Below, piece after piece: positions 14,901-29,875 of a DNA stretch of 64,000 nucleotides (position 1 is the first letter of the stretch; each line of letters starts with the position of its first letter). The translations under genes and the position numbers were made by a program. The stretch comes from Auanema rhodensis (taxonomy: Eukaryota > Animalia > Nematoda): the NCBI GenBank assembly GCA_964057225.1, contig OZ059898.1, positions 15,624,001 to 15,688,000 of the forward strand, in the 5' to 3' direction. The notes below the pieces were generated by a model. That model worked only from the letters and a program-made list of their open reading frames with translations. It was not told the origin of the DNA and searched no databases.

Positions 14901-17842
14901 TCTCTCTCTTTATCCATATCTCTCTTGAGATTGGACATTTGGCTGTGTATGTACATATGAATGTGTACGGGCTGTTGCTTCTGCTACTGCTGATGCTTCT
15001 GCGATGGTTGTGGTAGCTTCAGATGAGCATGAGAGATCAACTTTGTGTATGAGAGATAGATGTTACATTAGATTTAACATTCTAAAGCATATTGACGAAA
15101 AACTGAATGAAATACGAGGTAAAATCAACATTATATTAAAGGAACAGCAGGTGACTGACTTTTTTCAGATTCAAGCTGCAAGCAACAGCAGTAAGTAGGG
15201 TGCTGCCAATAGCCAAAGTAAAATAAATAAATATAAATGCAAATGAAATGTGAACATTTGAACAGAAAAAGTGAGCACAAGCTTCTGCTATGACGTGCAG
15301 TGTGTACTGTGCGTGAAAACGTCAATCTTTGAAAACAGGATTGAAGACCAGATTTCGCTAGGAAGAGAGCTTCATCTGTTGTTGGTTCTGAGCTGCACGT
15401 GCGGTTTATACAATTTCAATAAACACAAAATCAGATAATTATCTTGATTAAGATGAGTTTAATTGAAAAATAAGTTCAGAAGGAATAACATGATGATTTG
15501 GGTGGTCCATGAAAAAGAAATACGAATGTTCCGGATACATTCATGAGTAAAGAGGCTTGACATCTAATTAATTGTATAGAAAATATATAAATTCATGTAT
15601 ATATGACATATTGTATAGTAGATATCTAGAGATTTTTCAAAAGAAAATAGCAGGCTATCCCAGTCTGACCATAGTATAAGTCCTGAAAGTGAAGGTCATT
15701 TGACTTTTGTACAGAAGGATAGCAGTAGATAGACAGTATATGAGTCATCAAATGAGGTATCCGAAAATCAACATTGACCTTTTCCGAACAATGTCTATCC
15801 AAAAACTGAAGTATGTTCGCTTCTTGTCTTTATTGGTTTGAAGACACAAAAAATATGACGAAGAAGAGGTAAGAAAAGAAGGAAAAAAGAACAAAAACAT
15901 CTGTGATCTCTTAGTAGTATAATTGAAGACAAAAGAGATGGTAGAGTAATATACAATGAAAAATACAGATTAACTAAGTGAAAAAGGGTGAGAAAGAGAG
16001 AAAGAAAGAGGGAGAGCGCAGCAAATAAAAGGATTTCGAAGTTTTCTATAAGATTAAGAGGGATGTACACTACTGATGTTACAAGCGGCGAAAATGAAAT
16101 ACAAGAAATTGAAGGAAAGAGATTAAAATAAATGAAAATGACACAAGAAAGATCTTTGCTTCTTAAACAAAGACATATATAAGAAGAGTAAGAAGAATTA
16201 TAATATAATTAACTATATGGATGTATAGTTAAGTATAATATATACTATGTATATACATATACCTATCAGGGTTTTATATATTATATTTTATTTAAAATTA
16301 AAGATAACATATAGTGATAGAGAGATGTATGAAAAGAGAAATTTATAGTATTATGTTTAGCTATAAGAATGTAATATTGAATTCATACACGATAACACTA
16401 AGATGTTTCATGGCTTTTGATAAGAAGAAGAAGAAGAAGAAGAAGTTTTTTTATTTATAATCTATGTATCTTCTATCTTAGAACATCTGATGATGATGAT
16501 GATGATGATGTACATACATCTGAAGCATACATAGATACATATATGTATTGATAACTAACTATATGTGACTGATGATGTTGTTGTTTAACCAATATAGTCG
16601 ATCACAATGAGTACATGTTTTCTTTTTTTCTGGAATTTGGAAAAAGAATTTCTTTTGTGTATTTCTAAGTTGACAAATCTTTTTTTTTTGATCAAATATG
16701 AGATAAATGAAGTTGCATTATAAGTTCAACTTAAAATATTATAATTTGCGTATGTGTGTGTGTGAATTGTTTAATAAAATTGTCGACCAAAAATCTTGGG
16801 AATTAACGGAATTTTTGAATAGCAGTAAAAAATGCAAAAATAAAGAGAATGAGATGAGAAAGAGTGAGTGAGAGAGAGAGAGTGAGAGAGAGAGAGAGAG
16901 AGAGAGTGAGAGAGAGAGAAGAGAGAGGACTAAAATGCATTTTTTTAACTGCATCCTATCCTCCTTTTTCTTCTTCCAACCTATGTCACAACGAAATTTC
17001 GTTGCTTGTTGTCCATTTTACCTATAATTTTAATTTTGATTGCTGAATAATATCGGACACATGGTCAGGTAATTATGTGTAAGACGACAGACACATATGG
17101 TATAATGGTTTTGAATTATACAATAAAAATTATTCAGATTAAAGAAGATAATGAAGCTGTTTATAATCAAGTTGAAGTTCTGCTTCAGATGCTAATATAG
17201 TAATTGGACGGCGACGACGACGATGACGACGATGACGACGACATATTCACTGATTTCTGTAGAATTATCATCTATTAATTTGTGTATAAAACTATATAAA
17301 AAGAATAAAAAATGAAAAAAAGAATATAGTTAACGACAAAAAAAATGAAAAAATAAGGTGGAAAAGCAAAACTTTCATAAAGAAACCGGAAAAAATTTGC
17401 AGATATCTCCATTTTTCCATACAAAGAGAAGGAGAGAAAACGAGAGAGAAAGAGAGTGAGGAATGAAGAGAATTAGAGGGAACATCTTGTTTTCTAATAT
17501 TCAATTCGTATCGTTAGTTTCTTATAAAATGTAATTAAAACAATTATGTGTAAGTTTTATCAAATTTTTAGTCCTTGTATGAGCAAAAATCATCAAATTT
17601 TGAAATTATAATGAATGATTGCAAAAAGTTTTAAAAAAGTTTTAAAACGTAAAACTTTTTTTAATTTGTTGTTGTTGTTGTTGTTGCTGCTGCTGCTGAT
17701 GATTGCGATGATGATGCTTGAAGCTGTTAGATAGAATCATCAAATCACATTAAACCTCATAACACGAATATAACTCATTTAAAGTGAAAAGCCTCATAAT
17801 ATGTTGCAAGAAAATTACAACTAAGGTTTCAGTACGTTAAAA

Positions 17843-17882
<40 letters not shown>

Positions 17883-19025
17883 GAGTCTCTCTATCTATCT
17901 ATCGCTCACTTTTTCGGCTTTCACGAGTTCTCTCTGTCTTTAGAAGTTAATGTGAATAGAATTTTAAGGGGTAACCAGCTAAACCCATTAAACGAAAAAT
18001 AGAAAAACTAACAATAGCCAAGAAAGAAGAATCTGTGCTCTGAGTCTGGCTGGCTAACCATACATCAGATCAAATTTCAATTCAAATATAAACTCTGCAG
18101 TTGAAATGCACGTTTTAAAAAAAGAAAGAAAGATTTTCTTCACATTTTTTTGGTATTTCTTACGCTTTGCTGTTTTTGCAGGAATTTGAGAAAAATTGAA
18201 AAAAATGTGCCTTTTTCCAGAAAATGCGGCAACACTAACTGATGAAGATGATGAGTTAAATAAAGAAAGAAAGAAAGAAAGAGGACACATACCGAAAGGT
18301 ACATTAAGGTGATGACGTATGTAATCGTTGAAACAACGTCAAATTCAGAATGTGTTGATTAAGAAAAACGAAATGACGAATCACAAAAATCTAACAGAAA
18401 ACGTGATCCGATTGCTCGGTGACCGGAACTATTCTTCTCATTAGATCGGCAGCAAAGACAACAGCGAAAAAACGAAAATATCAAAGAGAACGAAGAGAGA
18501 ATAAGCTTTGAAGAGGATTCACTGAAGGAGCTCGGATGAGTTTTGAGTGGTATGAGCTATGGACAGTCTCGGATCTTGGCGATGTTGACGTCCGGATCCG
18601 GTTAACGTGGTTATGCTGTGCTTACTTGCCTATCTTCTCAGTTCCTCGTCGAACTTCCTCTTTCTATCTATCTCTCTCTATTTCTCTCTCTCTCTCACAC
18701 TTTTGCTCTTTTTTTCACCGTTTGATTCACTTTTGTACAGTAAAAGAATGAGTTTGTGAATCCTCACTCAGTAGGCCACGTGATCAGAAGAAATAGATGA
18801 ATCATAAAAATGTTTTTTCGCATATTTTATCCAAATAATAGATAGAGATTGAGTGAAAAATGAAGGAAACAAGTAATGAAAATAGAGAAACAGACAGATA
18901 TGTAAATCACTCAATTGGTTGTATTTACTTCAAAAACTGTTAAAGTCGAAATCAAGTTGTTTAACCAATTGTGTACAAAGAAATATGTTCTTTGAGGGCA
19001 AAAACAAGAGAAAACTTATAAGAAA

Positions 19026-19028
<3 letters not shown>

Positions 19029-19090
<62 letters not shown>
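19029..19090 (+). repeat. (AG)~31 microsatellite
   Basis: Perfect run read directly. Confidence 0.95.
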
Positions 19091-19094
<4 letters not shown>

Positions 19095-19324
19095 AGGGAG
19101 TAGTTAAAAGGACAGAGCCTTTGTATTTAAAATGCAAAGAATTTCATTCTTTTCATATACTGTGTGACTTAAGATCTGTCATCACTAAGTAACATACATT
19201 GAAAAAACATTTAAAAGATGTGATGATGTATAACTGAAAGTTCTATCAACTTTACATCATATATGTTAGTTTTTTAAAAGAAAAATCAGTTATAAAACGG
19301 CTTTTTTAGCCATATACATATTGG

Positions 19325-19327
<3 letters not shown>

Positions 19328-19408
<81 letters not shown>
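19328..19408 (+). repeat. (AG)~40 microsatellite
   Basis: Perfect run read directly. Confidence 0.95.
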
Positions 19409-19410
<2 letters not shown>

Positions 19411-20301
19411 TGAAAATGTTTGTAAATATGCTTAAAAACATTTTTTCTCAAAGCGGAAGGGGGAGAATTTGTGCAATTACCTGAGGAAAATATTATATAA
19501 AACACGAGATAATATATGTTTTTGAAGAAAATTTGCATAACAACATATTGGCAAGTTGGTTAAGATTGTCTAACCTAGACTTAATATATGAAAAGCAAAA
19601 GAAGACGAGAGTCTTTAAAAGAAATTTAGTGAAAAAGTAATAGAAAAAAGAAAAAATTCAATTCTTAGTCTTGTTTATAAACTTTTTTTCATAAAAAAAA
19701 ACGAAAAGAGAAAGAGAGAAAGAGATATGTTCAAGTGACTGAAGAATGATATAATAAGAGGACGAGGCAAAAACCTAAAGTGAGCTAAAAAAGAATAAAG
19801 TCTTTACTAGATGTCAGAAGAAAAACTAAATGAAATTGAAAAGCATTGAGACTCTGAGAGAAAGTGGAGATGAGAAGGATGAGAAGAAGAAACATCTGCC
19901 GCTCACAGAAGCTTCTGCAGTGCAAGCTAAGTGAAAAGCTCTGAAGAACAGCTCAAAAGCTCTTTCTATCGGAAATGCAGAAAAATAGTGTATGAGTTGA
20001 TGAACGATTAGCAAGCTTGAAATCAAAGAAAGGAATAAAGAATCAAAGAATTTAGGTGTGAATACAGCGATTAACTGGCTAACAGCATGCTCTGAAGCTT
20101 AGCAGCGATAAAGCTCTTCCAGTCGTTGATGAGGTTAGGTAGTAACGACAGCAAATACAAGGACTTAAAATTCATGTTGCGATAGAGAACAAACGAGACT
20201 TAATAGTAAATTGGCTAAAGACTTACTATATATAAAACACATTGAATTAACCGAAAATTACATTCAAAAAGTACATCAAATACACGAAAAAGAGTTATTT
20301 G

Positions 20302-20332
<31 letters not shown>

Positions 20333-21491
20333 TTTACTCTCACTCTCTCTCTATCTTTCACTGTTTTAAACGCACGAAAACGATTTCGAAAATACAACAT
20401 TGCTCTTATGAAATAAACAAATAAATTCAGAAACTGAATGTTTGAAGTTATTTCTGTATATGGTCACGTTTTGTAACTTAAAATAACAAAAATTAATCAC
20501 AAATTTTATAGAATATATATTGATTGATTGATTTTTATAGAAATAAATTAAGAAAGTTGAATAAATTGATTATTCATACTATCTTTCAATCTACCTTAAT
20601 CTCTGTCTTTCTCTCTCTCTTTATACTTTGCTAATATCGTTATTGAGCTATTTGCAGCTTGTTATAGTTAAACACAATTTCATTTGTAGTGAATAAAGTT
20701 TCAAAAAAAGAAGTTTTTTGTTTTATTTTATATTTTTTTTATTTATATGAAAAGCCAGATGCAATTCAAATGTTTTAAACTTCTAATATTTCAAAAGACA
20801 AAAAACAAATATTTTAATTGGCAATTGAAATAATGTATACAACCGAATGTGTCCAAATATGAAATAAAAATGATAAATTTCCACGTAAAAACCGTAGAAT
20901 ATACGGAAAAGAGTTGCGTATTAACAAACGCAGTTGCATTTGGAGAATTTAATGGTTCTTTTGATACGATCAAGAATAATAAAAATATTATAATATGTAC
21001 ATAAGTTTTAGAAAATATTGAATGATTAGATCTTTTTCATCAACTTTGTTAGAGTTGCAGATGATTGGTGGAATATATCATATATTATAGCTATATATAG
21101 AGAAGAAACTACTTATATTTTCTTCTTTGAGCTTTAAAAAATAGTTGAAACATAGATGTTTGAGTGTCATAGTGAATGAGGTGCGAGAGAAGGATAGAGG
21201 TGACAATCGATGGATGCTACCTGGGGGACTTGACCGCAACCATAACAAGGCTAATAGAGAGATAATGCTCGTATATGAGATTGACAGACGGTGAGAGAAT
21301 ATGGTCAAACCCTATAAATGATCAGAATGTCTGGGCTAGTAGTATAGGTCGAGCTGGTTGAACGGAGCGGGCAAGGTGAGATGGCTACTAGAAGAGCTGG
21401 TCCACACTCTGGGCCAGACTGACCTCTCACTTTCGCTCTTTCTCTAGCTCTTATCGTCTCTCATTTGCAAATGTTCCATCGTTTCTCTTAA

Positions 21492-21495
<4 letters not shown>

Positions 21496-21555
<60 letters not shown>
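21496..21555 (+). repeat. (TC)~30 microsatellite, opposite orientation to most repeats on the left
   Basis: Perfect run read directly. Confidence 0.95.
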
Positions 21556-21558
<3 letters not shown>

Positions 21559-23198
21559 CTCACTCTCTCTTTCTCTGCATTTTCTTCTGGTTTCCTTTTG
21601 TTTGTGGCAAAAGACTACTACTAGTGATTAGAGATACAAAAGAGACAGATAGAAGGACAAATGTACCGATCAGAGAGAACGGTGAGTCGTGAGAATGGGA
21701 CAGAAAAAGAATAGAAAGGATAATGCTAACAGAAAGGAAATGCAGAGAGAGAGAGAGAAAGAGAAAGAGAACGTGAGAGACAGAACATTGAGAGTAAGAG
21801 CGGCCGCCGACAGCAAGACTCACGAGCACACAGGCTGACCGGCTCTTACAGGTCATCAAAGCTTCTTTTGAGGACGAAACAATTGAGAGCGATCTACAGA
21901 CATACGTATAATGATTACAATGAATGGAATGTTTATGATCGTTAACGATTCATCTTCATCCTTGACGACATCATGCTCCTTGTTATCGTCGTATTCAAAA
22001 AATCTTATAGCTTTAATATGAATAGAAGAAAGAAGATATAGATGAGAACAAGGAAGATTAAGCACGACGAGAAGATGAACTGACCAGCGATAGCAAATAG
22101 AAGTAGAAGACAAGCATGTCCTCCACGTGACGTAATCCCTCTCTTCGTTTCTCAGCCTCTCATATCCTTTTTCTGTCTTTTAATCTTAAACCTTTATCGT
22201 AATCTTCATTAAAACTTTCTCAGCACACATCCTCACAGGCTTCTGATCAGATAAAACCTGCCGTTGGTATTGTAAGAATAATGCTTTTGAATGATATCAG
22301 GTCTAGCCAACAGATTTCATTTATATTTGAAAAATATCAAGAAATTTAAGAATGCTGTTGATTTGTTGACGGTTTCTCCTATCAAACTTGAATTTTTGTT
22401 AAAAAATTGTAGACGAGATGGTAGGAAAACAGAAGACACCGTGAGTGGAACACTTGAAAAACAAGGTGATATGACAATACGAAGAACAAAATCTGTAAGT
22501 TGAGCTGAGCGAAGATAAAATTTAAAAAAAACGACAAAAAGATGAAACGCTTTGACGTCTGTCTGAGGAAATTGTTTGAAGACTTACTCCAATACTGTGC
22601 AAAAGCTAGGACAGTAGCTAGCTTACTGTGAGCAGTATGCTGAGATAAACATAGTCATCTGGTTTGATTTTTGAGCAATTAGCTGAGAATAAAGATAGGG
22701 TGGACAGGGACTAGAAGAAGCGGAAGGAAACACACACAGAGACAGTGGAAAGGAGAGAGCTATTGGGTAAGTTAATGTGTGAAAGCTTAGAGAGATGAAA
22801 GAAAGTGAAGTTGTTTGAAAGTAAATTGAATTAAAGTGACTGTCTCTCTCTCTCTTTCTCTCTCTCTCTCTTTCGTTGATAAATATTTAATCATTTTGTA
22901 TAAAAATAAATATTATTAATTAAATGAATTTAACTTTTTTTTTTGTTTAATATTCAATTGAATTATTATTTTTTTAGAATGTATTTGAGTTAAATTGAAT
23001 AGTAGTTTGTATACACATAGATGATGTCAATAATCAAAAAAAATATATATTATTGTATCAATTTGAAGTAATGAAACAACAAAAATTGAAATTTAGTAAA
23101 GTAAATCGGTGTGAAATGAATGAATGAAAGAGTATAGTGTACTCAGAGTTATAAACAGTAATGAAACTCCTATTCATTTTTGTCTCTACATCTCTCTT

Positions 23199-23257
<59 letters not shown>

Positions 23258-24612
23258 TTATCGCTCTTTCTATCTATTCTTTACTACTACTAGTTACAGT
23301 AGTTTTAGTGATATGTGAGGTATCAATGAGCGTTTTTTGATCGAAAAAAAGTCATCTGAATGAAGTTCAGAACAAAGGTTAATCTCATATTATCAGATTT
23401 TAATTTTAATTTTTAATTTTCATGAATAGCATTGATCGTTCAAACATGAATGAAGTTGTGAGTTTTTTTATATATTCTTTCTTTTTTTTTCTTTTTTATT
23501 TCCACACACTTGTTACATGATTTTTTCGAAAAAAATCTGAAAAGATAGCCAGTTAACTTGGCTTCGAACGGCCGTTAATCATGTCCGCACAGATAGAGTA
23601 AGAGAGTAAGAGAGAGAGGGGCAGAGAGAGAAAAATAGAGAGAGAGAAGGGTGTGTTAAGCTAAAAGAGAGAGAATACAAATAGCTGAGAGAGTGATAGA
23701 TTATTTATACAAGAAAAAGAAATTTTAACCAAATAACAGTAAATGAGTATAGAAATTTAAATTTCGAAAAAAACATTTTTTTTTCCAAGAAAAACATAAT
23801 TTTAATTATAGTTGGTCAGTGGACGAATGGATGGACAGCCAGAAAGTAATAGCTATACGATGTTTCATATTTGAAAATAAATGAGAAGAAACTGAAATGA
23901 AGAGAAGAGGAATGAAAATTAAAATTTTGCTATTGCCCAAGGCAAAAATATGCGATAGAGAGAGTGAATTACTTGGATTAAGTGAGGAAAATAAATGAAT
24001 AAAGAGAGAAAAGTATTGAGAGATTTTTGCAGAAAAATACTTTTGTATATGTTCAGATAAATTTAATTTATGTTTATTGGTTCTGGATGGAAAAAACATG
24101 AGCAAATTGCTGTGAAAAGGCAGGAAATGGCTTGCACAGGTTGGACGAACAGAATGAAGAGAAAAACTTTTTTTTTTTTTTCAAAAACTCAAGCGCTCTA
24201 TGGTTTTCATCGTCGCACTAACTTCTACTAATAGGATTAGGGTAATATAAGAAAATTATATTTTTCTAGTCTAAAATTGAAATTTGATGTCTGGCTGAGT
24301 TAAATAAAGAAAGATGATGTTCATCCAAATGTTATGTGAGAATTAGAGCTTACATACATGTTACATGTCTAGATAATTCATTACGATAATGAGGAGGAAG
24401 AAGAGTGAATAGGAGCCGAGGGATTGTTGGCAGAAGCCGAAAAAGGGAAATAATTTAAAGGAAGTTTACTGAAAGAAATACAAATTTTAACATTTTAATT
24501 CAAATAATTGTTGAAAATTGAATGATAATGGATGATGATATGATACCGGATGATAATCTATATGATATGGATGATTGCTGGATAGGGGGAGGGGAGTGGT
24601 GGAGATGATTGT

Positions 24613-24630
24613 GGGGGGGGGGGGGGGGGG
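24613..24630 (+). repeat. G18 homopolymer in a G-rich patch (potential G-quadruplex)
   Basis: 18 consecutive G, with further runs ggggg/gggg about 20-30 nt upstream and agggg directly downstream. Confidence 0.9.
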
Positions 24631-27600
24631 AGGGGATGTATCATCTACACCTAGTCTGACTAATAATCTCATCTGTTCTCTATGTCGTCGGATAATATGT
24701 GGTCAGCATGTACGGATCAATTTATATTTTGTGGAATTTATGTGAAAACAAATAAATTTCAAATTTTTTTTGTTAATTTTGCAATAAGCAGCAACAACTT
24801 TTTCTTGTCTGTCCTCTCAAATGCCATCATTTTATCCGTTTTTCATTTGATAACAACTAAAAATTTTTAAAAAATGCTGCAAATTCAACCTGTTTAACAG
24901 GCTTAACTCATCTTCCTATCTACAGCATGTATCAGACGTATTAATGGGGTCAAATAGAACAAAATACTAATGATCATCATGATAATCAACATCAACTAAT
25001 CACATACTGACTATGTTGTCGTCAATTTCATCGAACGTTTTTTACAAAATTGTCATGATTAATGATCACAATGACGATTAAAACTGAAATTGAAATTGTC
25101 ATTTAAACACGAAAATTCTGCAGAAAAATGTTCTAAAATAGGCTGAATGAGCAGAATAGATTATAGAAAGTTGAACAAAGAATAATATTTTTACTTAACT
25201 ATACGATATAGTTAATTTTTGATGGTAGAGGAAGAAGGAGAAGAAGAAGAAGCAAATAAGAATATGAATATATATAGATGTGAAGGTGAATGTTCGAAAA
25301 CGAAACAGGAAAAGCTAGAAGAAGAAGCAGAGACTGACCAAAATATTCTTATTTACACAAGCTGCAAAGAAAACGAATGTTTTACTCTATCCGGAAGGAA
25401 ACTTTTCAGTGATAAATATAAACCAAAAGCATGATATGAACTTGAGAATATTAAAGTTGAAGAATCTAAAGAGAAATTTCTTGTATAAGCAAAGATTTTC
25501 GATTATCGAATGATATGTTGAACATCTTGCAACATCAGTGTCCAAAGGGACATGATGTTGGATGAACGACGAGAAACAGTTTTGATTCAGAAATTTCAAC
25601 CAAAAAGCGACGAAAAGGAAAAAGTCAAAAATCGTCAGGTAAATCTTTGGAAGATGTTGTATGCAGTCTGGTCTTTTCGCGCATTCGAACTCTCTCTCTC
25701 TCTCTCCCTCTCTCTCTCTGTCTCCTACCCCTCCTTTCTCTCTCTTTCTCTCTCCTTGTTCGTATACCATTGTCATTTAAGATACTTTCATTTCTTATGT
25801 CAAATAATGTTTATGAAAATATAAAAAAGTGCTGTTGAGGCACTACTGGGTACAGAAGATGAAGGCTAGTTAAACTCGATCCCGATTGAATTGCCGGGAT
25901 TCCGGTCATTTTTCGTGCTACTCATCGTTTTTTTTAATTTTTTTACGTTGAATTTTTAATAAAATTTCTTAAATAGAAAGATTTTTAGAGAAATTTTTAG
26001 TTTGTTATTCCATTTAATAATCTTTTATATGATGTCGGTGACCATAGCCTATGTATGTATGTTTTCAAAAATTCAGCTAAATAAACAAAAATTTAAAAAA
26101 AAAAAGAAAGAAAAATGAGAAAAAGCGTTCTAAAAATAAAAGAAGAAAGAAAATCAATTAACAAATATATTTGGAAATGAATTTATTCTTTTTTTTGACA
26201 AAATTGAAATACTTTATTTCATTTTTAATAATATTTAAAAGTCAAAAACATTATTTTGCCCTCCTTTTCTCTATCTCTCTCTCTCTCTTTTCTCTTTCTT
26301 TCTCCTTTAAAATGAAAATAAATTTTCAGATGGCAGATCAATGAAAGGAAGTATAAAATCCAGATAAGCATCAGAAGAAAAACGCTTTAACGCCAACAAG
26401 TATTGGCAACATGAAAACGAGGACAATCTAACAGGTCCCAAGCTATATATACAGATATCTACAGATGTATGTATATGCAACAACGATATTCAAGCATAGA
26501 TTTATGTTGAAGACGTTGTTTAATGCCCCGAGGACAAATAACAACGCCAAATGCTAGAGGTGCCGACTGACGACAACCACGACAACGACGACGACAACGA
26601 CCATGATGATACTGAGATCTCATCCAGATTGCGCTTTTACGTGTTTTCAAGTCAGATTTCCAGTATATTTGAAGAAAAAAAAAAGTTTAATGTGTAATCT
26701 ATTCCAATATATGGAAAAACATGAAAATAACATTGAAGTTTGTATTGATTAATAATATTTATAGTTAAACTCTTCTACTATACTATACTATGGATATTGG
26801 AATAAAAAAAAATTATATTATATGAAACTAATTAGATTGATGAAGCCACATAGACAAATAGTACAAAATAAGAAAATTGATTTCATTTTTCATCCAATTA
26901 ATTACTTTTCTTCCAACTTTTTTTACAAGGAAGTACCAAATATGAATAGAAAAGGTTCAAAACTGAAACCAAACATCCAATTCATATTTGGATCAAAGTT
27001 TATAGAATTCAAATTAAATTCAATTATATATCTTCATCTTTATAAAATATTATAAATTATTTAAAGTTTTACATGCAAACCATTGTTGTTTATCAAATAA
27101 AAACAACAAAAACAACAACAACAACAATAATCTTGATATAGTATATACTAGATTATACAGTAATACTATACTATATGATAATTGAACTTTAATGTTTGGA
27201 ATTTTAAACTTAATGATGAAGAAAAAGGATAAAAATCAAATAAACAAAATCAGAAATTAACAAGAAAATATGAAAAAAGTAGTTGTTAACATTACCAAAA
27301 TCGCTAAATAAGACTTTGTATATAGTTTGTGTGAATTAAATAAATTTAAAAACTATACGGAAAAAACCTCTAAGAGACTTAATTAGCAAGAAAACCGGTC
27401 ATTTGCCAGTCGAAAATATCCGAATCTTATGGCTATTGACCATTGAATGAAGTCATCGTTCGTTCTATCAATACTGAACGAATTGATCACTGATCGAATG
27501 AACAAAAATTTTTGTTATATTGTAAAAACTAAAGTGAATAGGAAAAAACGAAGGATTTTCAGTAATAAAAATAATTTAATTCCATAAAGAACATGTGATA

Positions 27601-28215
27601 GATGATTTTTATGTATTTATATAGTTTAAACTATTAAGATTATATAAAATAAAGCGATTTTCTTTCCATACATATACAGTTAGATCCATCAGTCACTCTC
27701 TCTCTCTCTCTCTCTCGGCTTTTTTTTGTATATTCAAACGAATACTTTTTATTAAAAATAAAAATGAATTTAAACTATAAACTATAATTATTATTTTTTT
27801 GGGAGGATAGGGGGCATACGTATAATGAATAAGATTAAATATAAACTATAATAAGTTGAGAAGTTATTGTACAAGTAATAGAACAAATTAAATATTATTA
27901 TTTATTTATAATTCCCTATATAATATAATAACTTATTTATAATTTATATATATATAAATATATCTTTAATAATAAATAATAATAATAATAATAAGTAATA
28001 TTATCATTTTGCTCTTTTTTGCTCTTTTTCTATATTTTTCATTCGAATAATATCATGTTTAACATCACTCAAACTTGATTAGAAGGACATCATGGTATAC
28101 TAAGCATGCCACATAATTGGCATTGAATTTGAAACAGTAGTGACGTGAATCACGTGAAAATACACGTATGAAAGTTTATTTTGAATATTTGATAATGAGT
28201 CATACGGTTGGTTGT

Positions 28216-28246
<31 letters not shown>
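28216..28246 (+). repeat. (TTAG)7 tetranucleotide repeat
   Basis: ttagttagttag... read directly. Confidence 0.9.
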
Positions 28247-29875
28247 TACTATTTCTATAACATAGTATATATATATATATATTATATAAAGTAAAGAATA
28301 ATATAATATCTTTATTATATATATATATAGTTAACTTAATAATTTAATTTATATTTATATAATAAAAATCTTTTTAAAAATATTCATTTAGTGTTTTCTA
28401 ACAAATATAATATTTTAAATAATATATATTTTATTTTTTGTTTAATCTGATAATATTTATGTTTTTAATATCAAAGATCCATCTAATTATATACACATGT
28501 ATATACACATCTATGTATGTATGTAGGTAATATACTATACTATACTATATGTATCTTCAAAGATATTGAAGACAAAGAACTTAGAATGAAATTTTTGGAA
28601 AGAAAGTGAAATAAAAATTTTTATATTCTCAAAGTATATTATACTGATGACGTATATTCCAGGTTTCTCAATAATAAATATTATATTATAATCAGTGAAA
28701 AGTACCGCAGTTCTTTGAATATTATGTTTTTCAGCTGAAGTTTTGTTTCAAGTTTCATTGTTATACATATAATTATATTTATATAATTTTTTCATTTTTA
28801 ACATGTTTCACATAAAGTAAAGTAATTCATATATTGTGTAATAATCATTTTCTCTCTCTCTCTCTCTCTCTCTCTCTTTATTTTTTATGTTTCCTTTTCA
28901 GCTTTATAGTAATAGAAAATAGAAAAAATATCTAACATTATATAAATGCTAAGTTTCTATATTCTCGAATATATGACGCAAATCCATTGATTCCAGACTT
29001 TTTTCATGGGAAGTTTAGTTAGAGGAACCTTTTCATAATTAAAACGAAAACGTTGACGTTGTTAATCATCGAAATTCTATTCATAGTCGTTCTGATCTAG
29101 TATCTCGTCATGTAAATCCTATATATTACCCCTAATCCACATCTTGAACATGCTTTTCAGCATTCAATTCCTACTTTGTTGTCTTGGTGATCAGTTGATG
29201 AATGATTTTAGTTTATTTATATGATATAGTTAAGCGATCTCTTCAACTGTTTCGTATTTCTTTTTGTTTTTTCTTCATTTTCTTTGCGTGACTGCTTACA
29301 ACACATCTTTATATATTTCTAACTAAAGAATCGTTGATCAAACAGTATTTTTAGCATTTTCGCTCAGATATTGCAATTCCGCAAAGAAATTATGAATATT
29401 CTTTTCTATTATGCGAATATTTGACTAATATAACATCTGTTATATGTTATATGAAGTAGAATAACAAGACTATTACTTAATTCCCTTTAACTATCAATCG
29501 TATATTTCCAGAATGTGAACAGTTGCAACTACAAAATTCTCAATACTTTCCGCAAATTTCAATTATTTCCTTGTATTTGCCAAATTACTCAATATTCCTT
29601 TATGATTGATATATATATATATATATACATATAAAAATATATAATTTTCTACTTTTCATTCAGTTGTTTTTGTTTTCTTGTTCGTTTTTTTCATATTTTT
29701 TGCCACTTTTCTATGCTTTTCAATAGTTCCTGATATCATAGTTCTTGAAGTGCAAATTTAGTAAAACATTTATTATTTTTCTATAATCTATATTCGTATA
29801 ATGAAGATTTAGTTTTTTTTATTTTATTTCAAAGTTTAGATAAGCTGTATTCAATTCATATAGAAGCGTACAACT

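Noticed and set aside
26324-26400. ttttcag|ATG resembling a trans-spliced start on +
   Set aside because: The ATG frame stops after four codons and the other frames close quickly.
28216-28246. (TTAG)n as an interstitial telomere
   Set aside because: The nematode telomere repeat is TTAGGC; this is a plain tetranucleotide repeat.
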